A stretch of DNA of 64,000 nucleotides from contig OZ025803.1 of the NCBI GenBank assembly GCA_964019425.1, positions 1-64,000 of the forward strand, written 5' to 3'. The position numbers were made by a program, and so were the translations under genes. The DNA comes from Flectonema sp. DT1601. Taxonomy: Eukaryota. The notes beneath the pieces were generated by a model. That model was given only the letters and a program-made list of their open reading frames with translations. It searched no databases and had not been told where the DNA came from. Positions 13,456-23,609 of this stretch are shown here, piece after piece (within the stretch, counting starts at the first letter, position 1; every line of letters begins with the position of its first letter).

Positions 13456-15347
13456 ATATATTATTATGACACCTGATGAAAAGGGAGTACAAAGAGGTTG
13501 ATTCAGGCCCTGCACGTATTAGTTGTAATTACAGCACCTGCCTTACCTTAAATAACTCCTTCCCTCGTTGAGAACCAACCCATCTCAGCCATCCCTGTGT
13601 ATTTGGGAACAAAGAAAAACCTTGTTTTCTTACTGAACAGCGAAAAATCCAAATATCACTTTTATCAGTGAATAGCGAAAGAAAAACCTTTTCCGTTTAC
13701 TGAACAGCGAAAATGAAATTACCTACCATAGCAATTTTACGTGGGAAAAAAAAAGTTGTTAACTAGCGGAAAATTTTTTTGGGTGCAGGCAACAGAGAAA
13801 AAAAATTCAATCAAAATTGCTGTTCCATCAGAAACTTTCGTGTGTGGAGCTGTCCATTTCGGAAACTTTCAGATCGGACATTTCAGTAACATTTGCGTGG
13901 AATTAGAGGTTTTCCCAAAAAAAAAAAAAAATTCAATCAAAAATGCAAAAAAAATTTGTATGTCAAACAAATGATTGTTCGGATTCAGGAAACGAAGATT
14001 AATTAGTTAGTTAGTGGATACAATAAATATTTATAACTTCGATTGTGTGTCTCACAAAGGATCACCGAGAACAGTCTCACAGGATCAGTGGCACTCACCT
14101 ATGATTCAAAACTATTATTACACAAAAAAACCATTCCCATTATTATCGTGAACACAATCTTCGAGCAACTGATTGAGGAGGATGACTATGTCAGCTCCGA
14201 TATGAAGGAAGGAGAGTTAGAGAGAATTTTGAATATTCCAAAATCCGGGATTTAAAAAAAGAAAAAAAAAAATATTTGTTTGTGTGCTCGACATTCCAAC
14301 ATTAATTTCAGCGACAATAGTCTTCTGTAGTGTGTCTTCTTAGCATGTGCCGTGTCAGGATTGTTTTGCGTTAAAGAAATAATCAAATCAATCAATAAAT
14401 CGTAGGGACATCAAAACAAATAATGATTGGGTTTCGGAGTTTTCATCCTCGAAAAAATAAGAGAGGGGAAGGTTCTTCATGCGCTTGTCAGCGATAAGGC
14501 ATGGCGTCATCCATCCTTATCTTATGGATGAACGATCAAAAGAAAAATAAGATTAAAAAAAAATATGTTTTTTTTAAGAAGTTGGGAATCTAAAAAAAAA
14601 AAAAAAGAATCCAACTACAAGTATTGTGTTATCACACAAATGTGATAAACGGAGAACGTTGGCAACGGAATGAATAAGGAAAAGAGAAAAAAGGATCCGA
14701 TCCTTTTTTCTCTTTTTTTTAAAAACAGAAATTCAAAGGCACACACGACAAGAATCGTTAGTTCATTTCCAGACGATATAGCTGCCTGGAAGTGAATCAA
14801 TCCTCGCACACTAGAGTGGTGATACAAAGAGAACAGGAAGTCTTACATTGCGTATTGCGCATCGCTCGAGGCAACAGCAATTATCGGACAAACAAAATAA
14901 ATAAATAATGAAAGCTGGTTCTCCGTAGAAAAAGAGGCAAAAACCCTATTCTTTGAGCACAAGCGAAAAGTTTTTTTGGGTGCAGGCAACGGAGAAAAAA
15001 GAAATTCCTTTTGCCCTTTTTTTGCTGTCCATTTCGGAAACTTTCATGTGGAGCTGAGAAAAATTGAGAAAATTGAGAAAATTGACAAAGGAGAAAAGGG
15101 GTGACACATGTTTCTTCTAATAAATTAAATCAATAATTCTTTGAAAAAAAAACATGTTTGCAAAAATTGCAAAAAATACGTTTGCGTTAGAAAACACGAG
15201 GAGGTTGCATAATTCAACAAACAATGTTGGGGAGTGGGGAGGTTCAAAAACATGTTAGAGCTCTCACAGACTTTCATGGTTAAGGGTTACCTCACCCCCT
15301 TCCGTAGATTATAACTCCAGACGTGTTATAATACAAGTTGGACATTA

Positions 15348-17918
15348 TCAAAGTTGAACATCATTACAATCCCCATAAGCGATAACTAAGCGATCAATTT
15401 CGTTCGACATACATTGTAGCAGGTTGTACTTCATTTTAATAAATAAAGGATCTGGTTGGCTATTTTCTTTATAAGAATCTTGATATAATAAAGGCATTGT
15501 GTTTTTACTCACTGAAGTACAGCTAAGAGTTTCGTTTTGAAAGTGAGGAGCATCGTTGTGTGATTCTCGAATGAGTAATCTCTTGTAACCAGATCTCACA
15601 TCTACGACGTATTGAAGACAGTCATAAATGCAGCGTAAAAGAATCAAACTGACACTGGCAGTCATTAAGTTTGTGCTTATTGAGTCAGCCCAATTATTGC
15701 TGTCACCGTAACCATGAATAGAAACAAGTTCCAACAACAATGCGGAACTTATTAAAAAGTTTGTCAGCACATGTAGATGAGTTAGTAAGGGGGCGATGTA
15801 AACTTTAAATCTCCATATGTAAATTAATTGAACGATCGTCGCAATGAATAAAATAGAAATCCGAATAGTGCAAAGCCACACATTGCTTGTTGATATCCAT
15901 GCTGCTCCCACCAGCAGTGGGACTGGACCGTATTCGATGGCGATGTAGTTACCACGTAAGTGTTTTATATGGCAATAAATATCAAAACTGGTTCCTCTTT
16001 TTTCGACGAAGTGTGAACCCTCAACTGATTCCCAAGCACCACATCCAAGAGCGTAGGCTACGAATGGAGTAAAATGCTCTTTTGAACGTACTCGATATGT
16101 GCACTTTTTGTGATCACATCTGAATTTCGTCATCACGATAGCTATAAAAATAATAGAAAACAACATCCCCATCGTTCCAACAAGCTTCATAGCTGTTGTG
16201 TGTGAATACATCAACAGCAGACCAGAATATTGCAAGATTGACGGGAATAAAATTAACGAGATTGGAATCAACACACCAGGATACCTCATAGTCAGAGTAA
16301 TGTCTTTTTTTGGATTTCTTAGCATAATAATAGAATATAAAATTGCATATGAGAATAGGCACAATGAAATATTCCCAATCACGGCACCAGCCCAGTGGTT
16401 TCCTTCTATTGCAAAGACCAGTGGGTGAACTACAAATGGAAGGCGGTCTGAGGAGATACCATCAGAGCATTTCATTTGATTAGCGACGAGTATTGTTTTT
16501 GATAGAGTTCCCCCAACTCCAGATCCTGCAATAAGAGAACCAACAGATGCGGTAAAAGCGACCCCACCTCCAGTGTCACCCGTACCAAAGGAATCCACAG
16601 CTGGAGTAACTGCAGTTGGTACTGCGGTTGGAACAGCCGTCGGTATGGTTGTTGGAGTTGCAGTAGAAATAGCTGCTACCGCAGCAGGTATAGCTGTTGG
16701 TACGGCCGTTGGCACAGCTGTTGGTACAGCTGTTGGTACAGCTGTTGGTACGGCCGTTGGTACAGCTGTTGGTACAGCTGTTGGTACGGCCGTTGGTACA
16801 GCTGTTGGTACGGCCGTTGGTACAGCTGTTGGTACGGCCGTTGGCACTGCGGTCGGCAATGCAGCAGGCACGGCAGTGGGAACGACTGTTGGAACTGTGG
16901 TAGGAACAGCTGTGGGTGCTGTCGTTGGCACTGCAGTTGGTGCAGTTGTTGGCATTGCAGTAGCAGGAACGGCTGTTAGTGCCGGTCCGAAGAGCGCACA
17001 CCTACCAGGTGATTTATTGAAGGTGTAAATATAGTCTGAGACTGCAATAATTTCATCAGCATCATTCGCTGTGGATGCGACGATTCCACCGTCGAAGACT
17101 TGAAGAGTGGCACCGATACCGTAAGCTACTCCTGGAGCGTCTCCAAGGTGACAGGTTACGTCTGACATACGACCAGGGCTAGCATCTATTTGGCGCGGCC
17201 ACAAAGAAAGCAATGCACCAAAGAAATAATTGTTTCCTACGGCAGAGATATATCCGTTGCAGGCAACAATGCGTGCGAGATTGTTCGTGCCGTAGAAAAG
17301 TGTTTGGGCAGACGATCTGCCATTTAGTTTGAGGATACCTGGAGTACTGGATGTGTATTCAGAAAGGAAAAATACCTCTAAAGTGGACTCATCTATAGAA
17401 ATCGATCCGATGTCCCGAGTTCTCAAGTAACTTCCTGAGCTGTCTACAGTTCCCATGGCAATGTCTGCCATTTCGAAGTATATTATCCCGTCGTTTTCAC
17501 ATGCGCCATAGACAGTAGTTCCACTAACAGCGAGATCAACACAATTGCCATTGTATACAAATGACAACGCATTCGCAATGTCAAGTGCACCACCACCAAT
17601 AATAGGAATTACATGCAGCCTACCAGGTTCAGCAGCAACCAAATAAGGTGTTCCTCCGATAGTTATTGAAGTAGCAGTAATAATGTTTGAAGTGTATCTC
17701 TGTGTTGACATAGATGAGCACTGAGTAGTTTTAGGATCAAACTGTCTGATTTGAGTATCGGAAAATACGTACACCCACTTGTCATAAACAGCCGCTGTTC
17801 TTAAAGCAAAAGTGTATGTAACAGTGTCTATAGAAACTGTCTTGTAGCATGTTGCTAATTGCACCACAGTCAGCAGGATGAAAAACGTCCCCACATGCCA
17901 AAAGGTACTTGCCGCCAT
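15348..17918 (-). CDS. Surface/receptor-like membrane protein: signal peptide, beta-rich ectodomain, (PTAV)n mucin-like stalk, multi-pass TM C-terminal domain
   Basis: 856-aa ATG ORF with a hydrophobic N-terminus, a long PTAV/PTTA repeat tract and several hydrophobic helices in the C-terminal third. Confidence 0.85.
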   Translation of the reverse strand: MAASTFWHVGTFFILLTVVQLATCYKTVSIDTVTYTFALRTAAVYDKWVYVFSDTQIRQFDPKTTQCSSMSTQRYTSNIITATSITIGGTPYLVAAEPGRLHVIPIIGGGALDIANALSFVYNGNCVDLAVSGTTVYGACENDGIIYFEMADIAMGTVDSSGSYLRTRDIGSISIDESTLEVFFLSEYTSSTPGILKLNGRSSAQTLFYGTNNLARIVACNGYISAVGNNYFFGALLSLWPRQIDASPGRMSDVTCHLGDAPGVAYGIGATLQVFDGGIVASTANDADEIIAVSDYIYTFNKSPGRCALFGPALTAVPATAMPTTAPTAVPTTAPTAVPTTVPTVVPTAVPAALPTAVPTAVPTAVPTAVPTAVPTAVPTAVPTAVPTAVPTAVPTAVPTAVPTAVPTAIPAAVAAISTATPTTIPTAVPTAVPTAVTPAVDSFGTGDTGGGVAFTASVGSLIAGSGVGGTLSKTILVANQMKCSDGISSDRLPFVVHPLVFAIEGNHWAGAVIGNISLCLFSYAILYSIIMLRNPKKDITLTMRYPGVLIPISLILFPSILQYSGLLLMYSHTTAMKLVGTMGMLFSIIFIAIVMTKFRCDHKKCTYRVRSKEHFTPFVAYALGCGAWESVEGSHFVEKRGTSFDIYCHIKHLRGNYIAIEYGPVPLLVGAAWISTSNVWLCTIRISILFIATIVQLIYIWRFKVYIAPLLTHLHVLTNFLISSALLLELVSIHGYGDSNNWADSISTNLMTASVSLILLRCIYDCLQYVVDVRSGYKRLLIRESHNDAPHFQNETLSCTSVSKNTMPLLYQDSYKENSQPDPLFIKMKYNLLQCMSNEIDRLVIAYGDCNDVQL
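16605..16980 (-). repeat. 12-bp coding minisatellite encoding (PTAV)n
   Basis: ggtacagctgtt / ggtacggccgtt units on the + strand. Confidence 0.9.
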
Positions 17919-18238
17919 ACTGTGTGGGTGGCTGTGAGTGAAACATAATACTCAAACAACTTCGTCAATCAATTCCACTCTGATGATCTTGTCAATTGAA
18001 ACTTCTGCATAATTGTGATAACTGATACAAAGATAAGAATAAGAGTACCCATGTCTTCAACAGAGTTAGAAACATTGGGTGTAGACTCCCAATAATCACA
18101 AGTGGGGATCAGTTGTGTGGTACAAATGAATAATATTAAGAATGCGAACTTTTTTTTTTTTTTTTTTTCTTCATGAAATAATCAAGTAGGCGGGCGTACA
18201 TTGTGGTCATTGAAATCAAAAGTTTTGGGAGATAGAAT

Positions 18239-19600
18239 ATGAGTTTATTATAAAAAAGTGCATTAAATTAAAACATAAAAAAAAAAGAAAAACTATAAAA
18301 ACATAATTGTTCTGCGGTTCCATAATACACTGTGGAATACGTAGTTTCAGGCCTTAATCTTATACTACTTGTCCCTCTTAGGCCTTCATCAGTAAGTTCT
18401 AGGGACTTCATTCCAAATCGGATTTATCAATTGGTCTATTTCAAAAGAACTGATTTCTTAATGTCCATCGGAGCTCTCCAGAACGGGCTAGCATATATTT
18501 GCTTTTGATCAGTTCTATCTCTTCTACATCTGTTCGTTTTATTACGAGTGCGGAGTAGAATTCCTTCATTCGAGGGTGCCATGGTACAGTCGTTATCATT
18601 ATTATTATCCTGCAGAGTTTTTCTTAAAATCATGTGAAAACAATATTCTGGGTGTTTAAAATAATGGTCGAATGATAATCACCGGTCTGTCGCTCCTTTG
18701 AGAATGTCTCTAAAGAATGCAATCAAAGGAGATAAGGGCCACTATGTAGTGTGACATTCGTGCCCCAGCTTTGTTTAAAATGAATGCGGCGGCTATTGTT
18801 GGGTAGTCCATAGAACTGGGATCTACATACTGGTGGATTTCCCTGTTAGTTTTTGTTCGCTTGCTACCCCCAGCACGGTTAAAGAGAACCAGCCATCCGT
18901 GGATAGGTTGCTCGTTGCTGTCAGGTTCTACTTTTTGATGTTCTTCGTAGAATGTTTGTTGTAGTTCTTGCAAATAGCTAAAATTTATTCGGTCAAGATA
19001 AAGATGGTCTGCAACAAAATTCAGAGATGCCCATCCACACTCACCTCCAATTAGACCTTCCCCTGAAGATTGATGTGATTGTATTGGGAATCGTTTGTCT
19101 AAGGTGTGAAGTGTGGAACTTTTATGATTAATGGTGTCTTTTTCGTCGCTTACAGGGATACCATGATTAAACTTTTCGGAAGCAATATTTAGACGTCTTC
19201 GAATTGCAGCTGCAACATTGCCATCGTCAATATATAAGTTGATAAAGCTGTGACAAGCTACCGCGAGGCTCTTAAACTTGTATCCTCGGTTGAGTAGTCT
19301 GTATGTTACGAATCTTGCAGAAGATCTGCCTGATTATTACAGATTCTGAGTGCTCGTAGGAGCATGGTGGTGAAGATATCAGTACCCATCGATTCTTGAG
19401 CAGCCGAGTGCTGGTGAGTGAATCTTGTTGGTATTATATGCCATCCACGCGCTTTGTCGTTAACGCTAAGACGTATCCATCTGTTGTTTGATTTTGTGGT
19501 TTCGATTCGGATTCTAATTCTGATGTATGAAACATCATCAATACCATTAGAGGTCTCGGTGTAGTTCAGTGGGGAGTAACCTTTTGTGGACCCGAACAAG
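18239..19600 (-). mobile_element. 5'-truncated, frameshifted Penelope-like retroelement remnant (RT C-terminal/thumb region, putative Cys-His protease-like domain, 3' terminal repeat)
   Basis: Translation ...YSPLNYTETSNGIDDVSYIRIRI...LSVNDKARGW...HSAAQESMGTDIFTTMLLRALRICNNQADL/[frameshift ~19320]ARFVTYRLLNRGY matches the PLE RT pattern (YLDl.I, YDK, S..P, R..RICS, L...GY). The 3' end is repeated at 25760-25991. Confidence 0.6.
18330..18410 (-). ncRNA. Hammerhead-ribozyme-like motif at the 3' end of the PLE-like element
   Basis: - strand reads CUGAUGA-AGGCCU...AGGCCU-GAAA-C-UAC-GUA: core boxes at 18386-18392 and 18345-18348, a 6-bp stem II and a minimal stem III. Stem I is not cleanly canonical. 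Confidence 0.45.
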
Positions 19601-20580
19601 AGATTCCAGAATGAAAACTAAATAAACGAAACCAGAAAGTAGATAACCCACCTAACTCTTTATCTAAATAATTGTGTGTCATATATGTTGTCGACATTAC
19701 TTTGAGGAATGTTGTTGACTGAGTTGTCCCATCCATTTTCATTTTTCCCTTTGTTTTCTTCCACTTTTACCAGGATTCCAGAAAGAGAACCTGCAAAGAA
19801 GTGATCCAGGTCCATCATCTGACTCATGTGCTTTCATGCTTTTCGTCCAATAAGGAAACACGCTAATTTTCCCCCTTCTTCAGGAAAACAAAAATAAATA
19901 ACTTTGCGAAGCGAGCATGAAAAAGCCTGAATCATCCCAGGGTGAGGCAATGACATAGAAAGTGCACCCTCTTCACTTATTCAGGAGATAAAAATGGGTA
20001 AACCGCAAATATTGCAAACATGAGAAGCATGGGAAAGAGGAATTATACAGACTTCAAAGTTGCAGAAGGAACGAAGGTGAGTGGAGGGAACGGCAGTCAG
20101 AAGACTATGTTCGATCCTTATTCTCCACTGCAATTATCCCCACATTTCTATTAGCCTCATTCAGCAAGTTTACACCAAGGCGCAGCAAGGACATAGTCCT
20201 GGGCAGCTGCCGTTGAAAGAAGCGTTGGTGAACAAAAGATGATCATCACAGAGCGAGCCAATGAAAGTGCAAACTACATTTCTATTCTGCTGAATATGTT
20301 AATGAGTGAAACCCTAGAAATAGGCAACAAAGCATTGCAGAGGTATGCATGTCGGGTCACCTGTGAATTCATAAACCAGACTGTCCTTCGAGATAGTATT
20401 AATGGTTATCAGTCAAAAGAAGGTGAGAGGGTGGGAAAATTCAATCGAATGCAAAAGTTCGTAGGACAACAAACAAATAATAATGGTTGGTTTCGGGCTA
20501 AGATTCAACAACCAGACTGTCCTTCGAGATAGTTAGTGACATTTTCACTAACTATCATGCACTCCGGGCAATACTCTCCT

Positions 20581-20600
20581 CCGCAAACCCGCAAACCCGC
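20581..20600 (-). repeat. 2.5 units of the array repeat in inverted orientation (CCGCAAACCCGCAAACCCGC on +)
   Basis: Exact 20-nt reverse complement of the (GGGTTTGC)n array. Confidence 0.9.
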
Positions 20601-21776
20601 GGACTTTGTGCAGAACGTTGTTTTCCGCTGCATTATCCCTATCTGCTTGTGAACTTCTCGCCTCAAGCCGCGCGAGAGTGCTGCTCTTTTCGTGGCGTGC
20701 TCTTGAGATGGAAACTGATAGAAGGGTTCATATACTTCTTTCTCAGGTGCATATAGTGATAGAACGTGAATTACCGACTACACGGGAACCCGATAAACAT
20801 CCATTTCGTCATCTGTTTTCCAGCTGAATAAAAAAGATGGCGATTGTTTGACAATTGTAAAAACAGTAAAAAACTTTGAAATCTGAAAATAGGAAACGTG
20901 CGAGGTTCGGAGAAGATGAGTCTTCATTTTCGGAAATATTTAATAAAGAAAACAAAAGTAAGTTAGCTTATGAGTTTACTGACGTCATCAACATGTTCAT
21001 CAAACAGCATCTGAAAGAAACGTAGCTACAAAGATCGTTGTCTCCGACACATAGTATCCGTAACGCTCTTATAGAAGAAAGCAGTTCGATAATTTCTTTG
21101 TCTTAACAAGCGGTTGGTGTCCTTTTCCGAGGCGAAAAGGGGGAAGGTGATTCTCAAAACGTAAAGAAAACATAAACTTAATGAGATGCATACTGCAGCC
21201 ACTAAACTGACACCAACCCATCTTGAAAAAGAGAGAAACCTTGGTATGATGGGAATCAATATAATCAAAGGTAAACCCATTTATGAAACCTTTTGACAAC
21301 GCTAAAAAAAAGTAAAAGAAATTTAAGAACGAACTGAACTTATTGATATGTTTAATAGAATAATATTGTCTTTAAAAAAAAGAGAATAAAATAGAGAAGT
21401 AAGGGAAGGTGGATTTAATGAAATATAGTAAAAGAGGTTGGAGCAACCCAATGCAAACAAGATTTGTTAAAAAATTAAAAACAGGACTATTCATTGATGC
21501 CCATCGATTTTTCAAGAGCGACAGATTAAAACAAAGAAATCCGTTGTGTAATTCATCAGTCGCTTCTCTAAATGAGGAGAGGGAGAAACCGAACCAATTC
21601 TCAAATTGATTCAAGATCAATAAATGTCGCAAGTTCTTGGTATGAATTGCACATTGGTGACCGTTTGCGGATCCAAGCATTGTTATGAAGCCATGCATGA
21701 CAACATCGGATGGATCGATAGAATCAGCCAATGGAGCACTAACATGAGGCACTACGTCATTCGAATCTTACCGCGT

Positions 21777-23609
21777 TCATTTGACTCCTTGAATCACTCC
21801 TCTCAGAACAAGTTCATTGTAAAAGTGATTCATATACAACTCAAATGGAACTCCTGATTCCCAATCCACCATATTTCTGTTTTTGATAATAAAGTCCCGC
21901 TTCTCGTTGTACTCAGTTTGATTCATCCACGTGAGGCGGAGGATTCCTTCTCTGACAACACCTTCTCTAAATGTTTTTGGATTAGCTTCCACGTACACAC
22001 TGAAATTACGCCATGGGATGAATTCTGGAAGAATACCATACTGCAGTGGATGAGTAAAGACAGGAATAGTTCCACTGAGAATCGTATCGATAAGTCGGTT
22101 GGAACCGGGAGTGTCTCCAGCAAAGTGAAATCCAAATTTAGATCTGGCAAGTGTTGGGCACTTCAGACCCTTTCCACAAACTTCCGACCGCACTCCCTTT
22201 GTTCTACCAACAACTTTGCACACCTTCTTTCTGAAGCGGTAGATATTCTTTGCTTGAGTACTTCCAATGAAAGTAATGTCATGAGTCTTCTCTTCATGAG
22301 GACAACCAACACCAGTGTAAGTGGAAGGAATATGAACACTTTTACCTTGAGGGACATCCCAATTCTCAAAAGTGATTACACTGCACTTAGCCAGGTTTTT
22401 TGAATAGCTAAGAACTCGGAAGTAATGAGATGCGACCACAATGTGATCAGCTCCACTGCGTCGATTAAACCATTCAGAGTTGTTCAGCATAGTATCCATT
22501 GCCTGTATCAAAGCCCTGCGGCAGATTTTTCCTATGCAGCAATCTTCTCTGGGAAGTTTAGCAGGTTTTCCCTTATTGTGATCAAAAAACTTAACTAACT
22601 CTCTCTCGCTGATCATATTAAGGAATCCGGGTACTACAAATAACTTTGCTTTCTCAGGATCCATAGTGCGCATTGGGTGTTGAAGAGCAAATTTAGTAAA
22701 GTAGAAATCATCGAGGTGCTTAGGGACGTATGTTAAGGTCTTGTGTGTGATTGTTCCGTTGTCGTGAATAGGCTCACCGTTAATAGTCATACTCATCCAA
22801 TCCAATTCATCATACACGTAAAAAGGAACTTCCAATATCGTACCGTACTCGAGATGTGGTTTTTCTACTACTTTTTCTACTGGCACTTCCTTCACAACCT
22901 TTTTCCCCCTTGGAACTCTTTTTTTTTTTTTTTTATTACCTTTTTTTTTCTTCTTTGGAACTTTTTCCTCCTCTTTCACAACTTTTTCTTCTTCCTTCAC
23001 AACTTTTTCCTCCTCTTTCACAACTTTTTCTTCTTCCTTCACAACTTTTTCCTCCTCTTTCACAACTTTTTCTTCTTCCTTCACAACTTTTTCCTCCTCT
23101 TTCACAACTTTTTCTTCTTCCTTCACAACTTTTTCCTCCTCTTTCACAACTTTTTCTTCTTCCTTCACAACTTTTTCCTCCTCTTTCACAACTTTTTCTT
23201 CTTCCTTTACAACCTTTTCCTCCTCTTTCACAACTTTTTCTTTTTCCTTCACAACTTTTTCTTCTTCCTTCACAACTTTTTCCTCCTCTTTCACAACTTT
23301 TTCTTCTTCCTTCACAACTTTTTCCTCCTCTTTCACAACTTTTTCTTCTTCCTTTACAACCTTTTCCTCCTCTTTCACAACTTTTTCTTTTTCCTTCACA
23401 ACTTTTTCTTCTTCCTTCACAACTTTTTCTTCTTCTTTCACAACTTTTTCTTCTTCCTTCACAACTTTTTTCTCCTCGTTCACAACTTTTTCTACCACGA
23501 CGTTCCTCACAACATTATGTTGCGAATTAGGGAAATCCAAATTCACGAACAGGAACACAGCAAATACCAGTATCACTATAATGTAGCGCAACTCGATCCT
23601 CCACCTCAT
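21777..23609 (-). CDS. Exostosin-family (GT47) glycosyltransferase, type II membrane, with long (KVVKEEE)n stem
   Basis: Motifs FYVYD, RTMDPEKAKLFVVP, GADHIVV, SKFGFHFAGDTPGSNRLIDTILSGTIPV, LPEFIPW. First ATG (MRWRIELR, 23609) precedes a TM anchor. Confidence 0.88.
   Translation of the reverse strand: MRWRIELRYIIVILVFAVFLFVNLDFPNSQHNVVRNVVVEKVVNEEKKVVKEEEKVVKEEEKVVKEEEKVVKEKEKVVKEEEKVVKEEEKVVKEEEKVVKEEEKVVKEEEKVVKEEEKVVKEKEKVVKEEEKVVKEEEKVVKEEEKVVKEEEKVVKEEEKVVKEEEKVVKEEEKVVKEEEKVVKEEEKVVKEEEKVVKEEEKVVKEEEKVVKEEEKVPKKKKKGNKKKKKRVPRGKKVVKEVPVEKVVEKPHLEYGTILEVPFYVYDELDWMSMTINGEPIHDNGTITHKTLTYVPKHLDDFYFTKFALQHPMRTMDPEKAKLFVVPGFLNMISERELVKFFDHNKGKPAKLPREDCCIGKICRRALIQAMDTMLNNSEWFNRRSGADHIVVASHYFRVLSYSKNLAKCSVITFENWDVPQGKSVHIPSTYTGVGCPHEEKTHDITFIGSTQAKNIYRFRKKVCKVVGRTKGVRSEVCGKGLKCPTLARSKFGFHFAGDTPGSNRLIDTILSGTIPVFTHPLQYGILPEFIPWRNFSVYVEANPKTFREGVVREGILRLTWMNQTEYNEKRDFIIKNRNMVDWESGVPFELYMNHFYNELVLRGVIQGVK
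22960..23490 (-). repeat. 21-bp coding tandem repeat encoding KVVKEEE (~24 copies)
   Basis: ttcacaactttttcttcttcc / ttcacaactttttcctcctct units on the + strand. Confidence 0.92.

Larger units (their letters stand above)
11440..15055. repeat. Short dispersed repeat family (GCTGTCCATTTCGGAAACTTTC / GGGTGCAGGCAAC core); copies ~11440-11535 (inverted), ~13770-13890, ~14968-15055
   Basis: Shared motifs seen by eye; the first copy is the reverse complement of the other two. Confidence 0.6.

Noticed and set aside
16573..17028. (GTAV)n, (TNSC)n and (LLVQ)n ORFs
   Set aside because: Alternative-frame and antisense shadows of the PTAV repeat.
20239..20532. 97-aa + strand ORF with an internal 23-bp direct repeat (accagactgtccttcgagatagt)
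   Set aside because: No recognisable motifs and opposite to all real genes; probably decayed repeat DNA.
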